Of a DNA stretch of 64,000 nucleotides, positions 9,664 to 18,030 are shown in pieces. The position numbers were made by a program, and so were the translations under genes. Each line of letters begins with the position of its first letter. Position 1 is the stretch's first letter. A model generated the notes under the pieces. It searched no databases. It saw only the letters and a list, made by a program, of their open reading frames with translations, and was not told the DNA's origin. Origin of the DNA: an uncultured virus (IMG/VR IMGVR_UViG_3300042356_001581) (taxonomy: Duplodnaviria; Heunggongvirae; Uroviricota; Caudoviricetes); the IMG/VR virus record IMGVR_UViG_3300042356_001581, one strand, 5' to 3'.

Positions 9664-9794
9664 TATGCCCCACAACCGCAACCGCCAGTTGCATTATAAA
9701 AACCGTCTTTGTTTTTCTTTGGTTTGCTGTAGAAAGCAAATAATGCTATTGCACCAACAACCGCTAATCCTGCAATTATATATTCTTTTTTCAT
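9663..9794 (-). CDS. 43-aa membrane protein ending GGCGCGA (not in ORF track)
   Basis: MKKEYIIAGLAVVGAIALFAFYSKPKKNKDGFYNATGGCGCGA*. Confidence 0.6.
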   Translation of the reverse strand: MKKEYIIAGLAVVGAIALFAFYSKPKKNKDGFYNATGGCGCGA

Positions 9795-9831
9795 AGTTTA
9801 TTTATCATTTTTGTTAAAAATTAAAAAAGTT

Positions 9832-10047
9832 TTAATAAGAAACCTCTCCAAATTTCTCTTTTGTTCCACATTTTTCTAAAAAATCATTTTCAAAATTAGG
9901 TGGTTTTACATCTTGTTGCATTAATCTACTTTCTAATTGAGCCTTACAATTTTCTGAATATTCTTTTACGTTACTTTTACTTTTTTTATAGAGCAAGTAA
10001 GCAACTACTAAAACTCCAGCACCTATTAACAAATTTCTGTTATTCAT
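9832..10047 (-). CDS. Small N-terminally anchored membrane protein with Cys pair
   Basis: MNNRNLLIGAGVLVVAYLLYKK. Confidence 0.6.
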   Translation of the reverse strand: MNNRNLLIGAGVLVVAYLLYKKSKSNVKEYSENCKAQLESRLMQQDVKPPNFENDFLEKCGTKEKFGEVSY

Positions 10048-10050
10048 AAT

Positions 10051-10758
10051 TTAATTATATATTACTGTTGGTTTAATATTATTTACGCAATTATACATAA
10101 AATATTCTTTTCTTGCATCACGAGTAGAGCCAATCATTCCTTTATCTATTTCGGCTTTTGAATTCCATTTTTTTTCACAATCATTACTTTTTGGTTGCTT
10201 TAAAAATTCATTGTATGCTTCTACAAATGCTCGATTAGTAATTATTTTTGGTTGCGCTCCAGAATCCCCAGTTGTAGAAAATGCTTGTTTATAAACCCCT
10301 CCAAATTTTTTATCTTTATAGTATCTTGTGTTAAAACCATTTGATTTAATTGTAAAATTATCTGGCAACTTCAGAACTTGTGCTAAAAATTCCATATCTG
10401 GGTCTGATGTAACTATTCGCTGATTAAATTTATCTACAAAAGCATCTTTAGGTTGCTTTAAAAATTGCTTGTAAGCATCTTCAAATTCTTGAGCCGTAAT
10501 TGAAATCGGACTACCCATACCAATAGAACCGTCTGTTCTACCTGATATTTTTGAATAAACAATAGTACCTGTATTTCCTAGAGGTGCTAAATATTTTGAA
10601 TAAGTTGTAGCATAACCATCTGACTTTATCACAAAGGTATCTGGAATAGTATTCACATCAGTTGACACATCACTAACGCTATTTTTTTTACTTTTTGTAT
10701 AGAGTAAGTAACCTACTACTAAAACTCCAGCACCTATTAACAAATTTCTATTAATCAT
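10051..10758 (-). CDS. N-terminally anchored protein with duplicated internal domain
   Basis: MINRNLLIGAGVLVVGYLLY (start 10758); two copies of PD.F.IKS.G..T.Y...AY..FLKQPK; terminal Cys pair. Confidence 0.6.
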   Translation of the reverse strand: MINRNLLIGAGVLVVGYLLYTKSKKNSVSDVSTDVNTIPDTFVIKSDGYATTYSKYLAPLGNTGTIVYSKISGRTDGSIGMGSPISITAQEFEDAYKQFLKQPKDAFVDKFNQRIVTSDPDMEFLAQVLKLPDNFTIKSNGFNTRYYKDKKFGGVYKQAFSTTGDSGAQPKIITNRAFVEAYNEFLKQPKSNDCEKKWNSKAEIDKGMIGSTRDARKEYFMYNCVNNIKPTVIYN

Positions 10759-10812
10759 AATTTTAAATTTTTCATTACTCAAGTAGGTTGTTGTTATGTT
10801 TCTTGTTTTTAT

Positions 10813-11526
10813 TTAGACGTTTTCGACAACATAGAGTTGTAAGTAACCATCTTTGCCTAAGACTTTCACTAAATAATTTCTTGTTTCTTTTGGTATTACC
10901 TTATCTTGAAACAAAGCAGTTGTTGAAACAAATTTGCCTTTGTATTTTGATATTCTACCATAAGCACTTTGATTGTAAGCAATTATCCCTTTTTGGACAT
11001 AAGCTAATTCATTAGCTCGTGTTATTTCTAAATTCCATCTCAAAACCATAGCTCCAGCCATAATGTTGAAATTAGCATCTTTAGACAAAATAGTTTCTAA
11101 CTTAGAAGTATTTGAGCTTGATAAATCTTGATTGTTTGGTGTCAAATTTAATAAGTAAGGAGCTTTTGCTTTTATTAAAGAAACAGCTTGTATAGGTAAA
11201 GCTTCTCTTGTGATTGTTTTAAATTTAGAAACAGCTTCAATTATTGCAGTAACAGTAACTTGTGTTAATCCAATTGCCCCTGCTCGATTTTTACCAACCA
11301 TTTTTCCTGAACTTTCAACAGCTATAAAACTTGTCAAAACAGGCTCTCCTATTTCAAAAACATCAGCCCATTCTTTAACAAACGTGCCGTAATTTTTTTT
11401 TATGTTTTTTAACTTTTCAAGATTAGCATCCCTATTATTATTTTTAGAATAGTCTTCTCCGCCACCAACAAATCTGTATGGTAAGTCAGGTAGAATAAAG
11501 TCTGTTATTTGTGTAAATTTTAACAT
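10813..11526 (-). CDS. Lytic transglycosylase (SLT domain)
   Basis: IAVESSG, GAIGLTQV, NIMAG, AYN, ETRNYLVKV motifs. Confidence 0.85.
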   Translation of the reverse strand: MLKFTQITDFILPDLPYRFVGGGEDYSKNNNRDANLEKLKNIKKNYGTFVKEWADVFEIGEPVLTSFIAVESSGKMVGKNRAGAIGLTQVTVTAIIEAVSKFKTITREALPIQAVSLIKAKAPYLLNLTPNNQDLSSSNTSKLETILSKDANFNIMAGAMVLRWNLEITRANELAYVQKGIIAYNQSAYGRISKYKGKFVSTTALFQDKVIPKETRNYLVKVLGKDGYLQLYVVENV

Positions 11527-11540
11527 ATAGTGATAGTTTT

Positions 11541-11708
11541 TTATTCGACATCTTCGGAAGACAAAGCGGGTTCGTCTTCTTCTTTTACGGTTATTTTATA
11601 ATATTTATATTTCCGTACATTGCGAGTGAGGTATTTTGCTAAAGCAAAACCCCCAATTGCAACGCCTAAAATGCCTACTATCAATAAAATTTTTTTCGAT
11701 TTGGTCAT
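11541..11708 (-). CDS. 55-aa membrane protein (not in ORF track)
   Basis: MTKSKKILLIVGILGVAIGGFALAKYLTR...; start overlaps upstream stop. Confidence 0.55.
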   Translation of the reverse strand: MTKSKKILLIVGILGVAIGGFALAKYLTRNVRKYKYYKITVKEEDEPALSSEDVE

Positions 11709-12277
11709 TATCTATTATTTCCGAAATACTTAAATGCTCCACCTGTTAACACAAGTATCGCACCGCCTAAAAGCAAACTGCCCCAACCGATACCTGATTT
11801 TTTTTCAGTATCAGTTTTTGCATCTGCTTCTAATGACTTTTCTTCCAATTGTTTTTTCTCTAATTCTTCTTGTGCTAATAGAGCTTCTTTTTTAGCATTT
11901 TCATCAGCTTCTCTTTTTGCTCTTAATTGCTCTTGAACACGTTTTTTTGCTTCTTCTTGATTTTTTAATTCAGCTTCTCTTTTGGCTCTTGATTGCTCTT
12001 GAACACGTTTTTTTGCTTCTTCTTGAATTTTTAAATTAGCATTTCTTTTTTGCTCAACAAGCTCTTGCAAATCATCCACCAAATCATCTTCGGTATCATT
12101 GATAAAATCAATTATTTCTTCTAATGATTCTTGAGATTCTTCCGTTGGATTTTCATTATGTTCTCTTTTTGCAATTGCTAATTTTTCGTTTAGTTTTTTC
12201 AAACCATCTAATCTTTTAGCAATTGAAGATGGTACTTTGTTATCCAAATCTCTTAATAATTCATTAATTGTTTCCAT
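11708..12277 (-). CDS. Coiled-coil protein with C-terminal TM
   Basis: Tandem QEEAKKRVQEQxRAKREA repeat; ends GWGSLLLGGAILVLTGG. Confidence 0.65.
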   Translation of the reverse strand: METINELLRDLDNKVPSSIAKRLDGLKKLNEKLAIAKREHNENPTEESQESLEEIIDFINDTEDDLVDDLQELVEQKRNANLKIQEEAKKRVQEQSRAKREAELKNQEEAKKRVQEQLRAKREADENAKKEALLAQEELEKKQLEEKSLEADAKTDTEKKSGIGWGSLLLGGAILVLTGGAFKYFGNNR

Positions 12278-12311
12278 AGTGTTCTGACTTTTATAAAGTT
12301 AATTTTAACGA

Positions 12312-12319
12312 CAAATATA
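12312..12319 (-). promoter_or_regulatory. Bacteroidota -7 promoter element
   Basis: TATATTTG (TAnnTTTG) ~35 nt upstream of the ATG at 12277. Confidence 0.55.
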
Positions 12320-12373
12320 ATAAAAATATAATAAGCAAGTAATTAATGCCTACTTTTTATGGTTAATTGTTTT

Positions 12374-15300
12374 TTAAGCTTCCTTTTGTTTTCTTAATTC
12401 AGCGAAAGCTCTTTTTCTAGCATCTAACCAACTCTCTCCATTCATTCTAATTTTTTTAGCTAAATCATTTGCTTGTTTCATAGTTTCAGCACCAGCGTTC
12501 ATTTTTTTAGTTCCAGTTTGACCACCTGCTTTAAAATTAGTCATATCAACTTCAGAAATATCAATGTTGCGTAGTTTTACTCCTGAACCAATTTTACCTA
12601 CATTCATTACACTTAAAGTATTTTCGTCTTGCGTAAAAATCATAACAAACTCACCTGATTTTAGAGGAACTTGTTTACCTTCAAGGTTCGGGTATTTTGG
12701 TTTGGCTTTAGCTAAATTTTTAACATTTTTAAATAAACCTCCAAATGCTTTTTTATCAGTTTGCATTGCTTTCACTTTACCTGCAACTTTGTCGCCAACC
12801 TCTTGTGCTTCTTCTCTTGAATAATATTTACCGTATTCTTCTTGATATTGGTTCTTTACAGGTTTCCCCTCGTACTGTTTTGCTACTTTATCAGAAAGTT
12901 TGTCAAAGTTGGATATTTTACCTCCACCTCTGAACATTCCTGTTTCCATAAACTTTTTGAACTTGGCTAAACCTTTGGCGTGTTGCTCTGCAACAACCTT
13001 ATCAGTCAAACGGCTTGGTTTTGAAACTTCTAAAGTGTGATATGGGTCTTCATACATCATATATTTGAACGTTGTATATCCATCTCCGTCTTCACTCTTT
13101 CCTCCTTTGGCAGAAGTTAATAATTGACCGTTTGAAGTTTTAAATGTAGAAATTCTCCAATCATAATTATTAAAATCGTCAATATTGGTAGTTGCACTCC
13201 ACCCGTAAGCACCTTTTTTAATATAGGTTTCTCCGACTTTTGTTGCTGATTTAGATGAAGAAGTAGGTGTTGGTTTATCTGAAAAAACGTAAATTCCATT
13301 ATTCAAATTAATCAAAACTTCTTTTTCCCCAATTACATCTTTCTTCACTCCGTCTTTATAAACGTCAAATCTAAAGTTTTTAGAATCGTATTTTAAAACC
13401 AAATCAATAGCAGGTGCGCCACTCATCGCAGGAGCATTAATACTTATTGAAGAACCGTCTTTTGGCAAATCTTTAGAAGTAAAGACTTGTTTAGATTCAA
13501 TTGGTTCAGCACCTTTCTTAACCCAATACCCATTTACGGGCTTAACAGTAGTTCCGTCTTTCAACTCAACAGAAACTACATCACGCTTTGGAATATAATT
13601 TGCCTTTGAAGTCAAATCTCCGCCTTTGGCAAGTACATTAGCCCCATTAAGAACGTCAGTACCTTTGTAGGTAACTTCTTTGCCATTACGTTTAACTGTA
13701 ACGGTTTTGATGTCTGCTTTTAAGATGTATTTTTTAAGATTTCCACCGTCAGCGTAAACATTGTCCATAAAGCCACCGTCAGCGTAAATTTTATGTAATT
13801 GGTCTTCTTCAAAAACATCGCCTAATCTTTTACTTGTTTCAGAAATTAAAAATCCATCTTTGTCATAACCTGCTTTATTGTCAACAACATAGTAGTTTGA
13901 ATCATATCCGTAGTTAGGCTCTTTTACCTCAACAATGTCGCCTAATTTAATATTACCGCCCTTAGCGTAAGAACTTTTTAAATTATTTCTATGCTCTAAA
14001 ATTGTGTTTATTTCTCTGATTTCTTTATCAATTCTGAATTTACCTAAATCAGTACGCTCATTATTTTTCATCATTTTTAAATATTGAAGTCTTTTTTCGT
14101 AAGTTTCATTAGTAACTTCGCCACCGTCAGAGTATTGCTTTTCAAATAATTCGCTAATTTCTTGTTTTGAGAAAAATGTAGTTTTGGTTGATGTTTTTCT
14201 TCCTTTTTTAGTGGTTTGCTTAACTTTCCAGCCTTTAGCAGTAGGTTCTAATAATTCAATAGTTATATCCTCGCCCCAACCTTTACTGTGCTTGTGTGAA
14301 TAGACTTCGCCACCGTCAGCAAAACTACCTTGTATTAAATTTATCCACAATGGAGTTACACCTCTTGTTTCAAAAATTATATCATCATTGTCGTTTGATA
14401 CAGGAAAGTATAAAAGTGCTTTTTCAATATTTATTTTGATAAAAGGCATCATACCTCCAATAGCAGTAGTGCGGTTAACATATCTAAAAACTTTTTCCCC
14501 TTGCTTTAGATTCAAGTTTTTAATCAAATTTTGGTCGTAATCATCTAGCTTGTATAAGAAGCCGTCAGCTATGTTTGACTTTTTATTACTTAGTATTTTC
14601 CAACCAAAACTACCAACAAAAGAATCTGATTCAATTCTGTCTTTTACTTTTGCGTATATTTCTTTTTCAAAACTTCCGCTTGGTCTGCTTAATCTATGTT
14701 GATTTTCATTGTTGAAATAAGTAACACCACCTTTAGCATAATTATTATTATTTTCATTTATAAAACTAATAGCTTCATCAATTTTCTGAACAGTGTGTCC
14801 ACCTTCAGCCCCTTCATCACTGTAACTTCTAATAAATCCATATTTACCAAAATCAAGATGTATAATAAATTTTCCGCCGTCAATAATTATTGAATTTTTA
14901 CCTTTTTCAAAGGTGTGGTTAGGCAATGCTTTCTTTAACTCAACAATACTTTCATCTTCAAATCCTTTTCCAAAATATTGATTAACATAATCAACACTTC
15001 CACCCCCATCATAAACACCCGAAGCCCCTGAATTATCAGATTTTACAATTGAACTTCCGACACTTGAACCCGAAGTTTTATTGATAAATGCTTTTAAATT
15101 TTCTAAGTCGCTTTCGCTTATTGTAAACGGAGTAAGTTTATCCATTTGCAAGTGAACAAAGTAAGCACCGCTTGAATGACTTTGGCTCATTACACCAACT
15201 CCTTTTACCAAGTTAATTTGACCTATTCTTGTTCCTGATTGAATTGTAATAACACTTCTTGCATCGTCAGCACCAATAGGGTAAACAATAAAGTCTTGAG

Positions 15301-18019
15301 CTTTTCTCATTCCTGATATTCTCATTTCAATATCAGTAGTTCCCATTATGTTTCTTTTCAATCCAAAAATTTCTGCTTTGGCAATTTCTCCGCCTTTGGC
15401 GAAATTTATAGAATAATGAGATTTTATTTTATCTCTTGCTTCCGTAAGATGTTTTACAACTACATTTTTTTTCAAATCAAACTCAATCTCTTGATTACCG
15501 TCTGTAATAATTGTGTTAAAAGGCTTACCACTTACTCCAATAGCATCAGTATTTTCATTTTTTAAAAATTCAAATTCTTTGTCGCTTAAAATTGACTTTA
15601 CATCAGAATTTTTAATCAACATTGATTTTAACATAAAAGTATCTATTGAACCAACGTTCGGGATAAATGAATCAACTTTTCCGCCTTTAGCATAATTAGT
15701 CATATAAGTAGAAACTTTCGGAATAGTTCCGTCAAAATACCCACCGTCAGACAATTTTTTTGTAGTTTTTAAAAAGTGTTGTTGGTTTCCATATCCACCT
15801 TTTGTTAAAGTATATTCGCCTTTTGTAAACTTTTCAATATTTGCTTTGGCTTTATCGAAAGGAGCGTGAGTAACTTTATATATTAAGTTTTTAATGTCTG
15901 TACTATCTCCATAACCTTTAAACTGATTAGTTAAAGACCCTAATGCCAAACCTATGCCATCAACAAAAACATATCCATCGCTATAATATAATATTTCAGG
16001 TTTATATTGCATTAACAATTTAGACGCTTTTTTGTAATCTACAACTCCATCATACACACGACCTCCGTCATCATAAACACCATTCATAAACCCACCGTCT
16101 TCAAACTTCGCTCTATCCCAACCAAAGAATTGAGAATTTGCAGTAAACTTTTGTTTTCCACCCTCACGACTATAAGCAACTTCCCCTACTTCTTCTCCGT
16201 CACCGTCAAAAAACGTAAATACGGCATTAGAAACACCGTTTTCGTCAGAGTTGATGATTGGCTCTATTTCAAATTGTTCGTCCTTGTAATCGAATGTGTA
16301 ATCATCACGCAATTCAATTCCTTCCATACCTTTTAAGAAACCTTTCAAGTTACCCATAGCATCGTCAGTAAACTTTTTAGTCATTTCTGCTTTTGTTTCC
16401 GCAGACACGTTTATTGGTTCTACAACTTCTTTGTTTCCGATTTCATCTTCGTCCTCGTTTTCTTCTTCATCCTCCTCTTCGTTTTCATCTTCAATTTCGT
16501 CCTCCATTAATTCCTTTTCTCCGTCAAGGTAATGAGTTACGTCAGATATACTTTGAGTAGCAGTTGCCATTTTAGCAACTACCCAAGCAGGAACAGGGAC
16601 TTTATCTTCTAAAATATCTTCCAATTCTTCGTGATGATGTTCTAATTCAACATTTTGATTCATAATCATTTGTTGATTGTCTGTGAAATCAGAAATGTTT
16701 CCGCCATCAGCATAGCCAAAAGAAAACAAATGTTTATTTTGTTGATACAATTCGTTTTTTTCATCGTAAGTAGGTAAATCTATTGCTTTTATGTCAGTTA
16801 TAATTTCCCTGCCGTCATTTAGCAGTACTCTTATTTGACCGCCTAATTTAACTGTTCCTTTTATGAATTTTCCATTTACAGGCTCGACAAATCTTTTAAA
16901 GTCATTTCCGTAAGCGTATTTTGATAAATCGTAATACCCATATCCTTTGGATAATGTAACTTCATCTCCTGAAATTTCTCCGCCGTCAGCAAAGTTATTT
17001 TTGTAACCTTGTTGCAAAAGTTTAAATTCTTCCTCCGCTTCATTAATGTTTTCTGAAGGATATATCATTCTACCGATTTGAACTCCGTAGCTTTCTGAAC
17101 TTCCACTTCTTTTAATTAATCTTAAAACTTTATTATTATCAGGTTTATTTTCAAAACCTTTCGTTTTAGATTCTTTTAATATTGTACCAAGAATTTTCCC
17201 TTTTATGTCTTTTACTTCTCCGCCAATAGCCATTTGTCCGCCGTCAGCATATTTAGTTTCGTAACCTTTTAAATTCCAAAGTCTTTCCAAATCCTCTTGT
17301 TTATTACGATTGTAATTATCAAGAACCGCAACTTGGTCTTTACCGCTAAAAGTATAACCTTTTTGCTCTCTTCCTTTGCTTAATAAAAGCATTTTAATCG
17401 GTTTTTTTGAACCTAACGAACGCTCATAAACAACTTCGATTTCTCCGCCGTCAGCAAAGTTTCTTTTACCAAATTGATTTTCCAAAGCATTTAATAATCC
17501 TTGAACGCTAAAGCCTCTATAAATTACATCTTCTTCATACATTAAATCAACGTTTCTTAACTCGTGGTCAACAGAGCCAACATAACCTCTTTTATAGTAC
17601 ATATCTAAACCATACTTGCTTCGCCCTTTTTTAAATCCAAACTCTTCAAATATGTTTTGCCAAGTATCTTTTCCTTGTACGTTTCCACCATCAGCATAGT
17701 ATTCCCCATTACGAAGCCCTTGATAAAGTTCTTCTGCGTTAATAGGGTCAAACCCTAAATCACGTTCAAATCCTAAACCAAATCGACCACGATAAGTTTC
17801 AAGGTCGCTACGGCTTACTGAACCTACTTCAGCACCATATCCCAAATCTACAATAGCCCAAAGGTAATCAGGGTCTTGTGGGTCAGAATTTAGTATGTAC
17901 CAGCTTCCTGCACCTTGAGGGTTAAATATCTTGACAACAACCTCTTGTTTAGAGAGGTCGCTACCAAGTGCATATTGTTTAAATAATTGTCTGTCAATTG
18001 TTTTATTAAATAATCTCAT
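12374..18019 (-). CDS. 1881-aa modular polyvalent protein/polyprotein; N-terminal DUF2958-like domain, ~20 [FYML]xxGG junctions
   Basis: N-terminal KIFNPQGAGSWYI...VDLGYGAEVGSVS..DL...GLGFERDL resembles DUF2958; repeated YADGG/FADGG/YAKGG. Confidence 0.8.
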   Translation of the reverse strand: MRLFNKTIDRQLFKQYALGSDLSKQEVVVKIFNPQGAGSWYILNSDPQDPDYLWAIVDLGYGAEVGSVSRSDLETYRGRFGLGFERDLGFDPINAEELYQGLRNGEYYADGGNVQGKDTWQNIFEEFGFKKGRSKYGLDMYYKRGYVGSVDHELRNVDLMYEEDVIYRGFSVQGLLNALENQFGKRNFADGGEIEVVYERSLGSKKPIKMLLLSKGREQKGYTFSGKDQVAVLDNYNRNKQEDLERLWNLKGYETKYADGGQMAIGGEVKDIKGKILGTILKESKTKGFENKPDNNKVLRLIKRSGSSESYGVQIGRMIYPSENINEAEEEFKLLQQGYKNNFADGGEISGDEVTLSKGYGYYDLSKYAYGNDFKRFVEPVNGKFIKGTVKLGGQIRVLLNDGREIITDIKAIDLPTYDEKNELYQQNKHLFSFGYADGGNISDFTDNQQMIMNQNVELEHHHEELEDILEDKVPVPAWVVAKMATATQSISDVTHYLDGEKELMEDEIEDENEEEDEEENEDEDEIGNKEVVEPINVSAETKAEMTKKFTDDAMGNLKGFLKGMEGIELRDDYTFDYKDEQFEIEPIINSDENGVSNAVFTFFDGDGEEVGEVAYSREGGKQKFTANSQFFGWDRAKFEDGGFMNGVYDDGGRVYDGVVDYKKASKLLMQYKPEILYYSDGYVFVDGIGLALGSLTNQFKGYGDSTDIKNLIYKVTHAPFDKAKANIEKFTKGEYTLTKGGYGNQQHFLKTTKKLSDGGYFDGTIPKVSTYMTNYAKGGKVDSFIPNVGSIDTFMLKSMLIKNSDVKSILSDKEFEFLKNENTDAIGVSGKPFNTIITDGNQEIEFDLKKNVVVKHLTEARDKIKSHYSINFAKGGEIAKAEIFGLKRNIMGTTDIEMRISGMRKAQDFIVYPIGADDARSVITIQSGTRIGQINLVKGVGVMSQSHSSGAYFVHLQMDKLTPFTISESDLENLKAFINKTSGSSVGSSIVKSDNSGASGVYDGGGSVDYVNQYFGKGFEDESIVELKKALPNHTFEKGKNSIIIDGGKFIIHLDFGKYGFIRSYSDEGAEGGHTVQKIDEAISFINENNNNYAKGGVTYFNNENQHRLSRPSGSFEKEIYAKVKDRIESDSFVGSFGWKILSNKKSNIADGFLYKLDDYDQNLIKNLNLKQGEKVFRYVNRTTAIGGMMPFIKINIEKALLYFPVSNDNDDIIFETRGVTPLWINLIQGSFADGGEVYSHKHSKGWGEDITIELLEPTAKGWKVKQTTKKGRKTSTKTTFFSKQEISELFEKQYSDGGEVTNETYEKRLQYLKMMKNNERTDLGKFRIDKEIREINTILEHRNNLKSSYAKGGNIKLGDIVEVKEPNYGYDSNYYVVDNKAGYDKDGFLISETSKRLGDVFEEDQLHKIYADGGFMDNVYADGGNLKKYILKADIKTVTVKRNGKEVTYKGTDVLNGANVLAKGGDLTSKANYIPKRDVVSVELKDGTTVKPVNGYWVKKGAEPIESKQVFTSKDLPKDGSSISINAPAMSGAPAIDLVLKYDSKNFRFDVYKDGVKKDVIGEKEVLINLNNGIYVFSDKPTPTSSSKSATKVGETYIKKGAYGWSATTNIDDFNNYDWRISTFKTSNGQLLTSAKGGKSEDGDGYTTFKYMMYEDPYHTLEVSKPSRLTDKVVAEQHAKGLAKFKKFMETGMFRGGGKISNFDKLSDKVAKQYEGKPVKNQYQEEYGKYYSREEAQEVGDKVAGKVKAMQTDKKAFGGLFKNVKNLAKAKPKYPNLEGKQVPLKSGEFVMIFTQDENTLSVMNVGKIGSGVKLRNIDISEVDMTNFKAGGQTGTKKMNAGAETMKQANDLAKKIRMNGESWLDARKRAFAELRKQKEA

Positions 18020-18030
18020 ATTGAATATAA

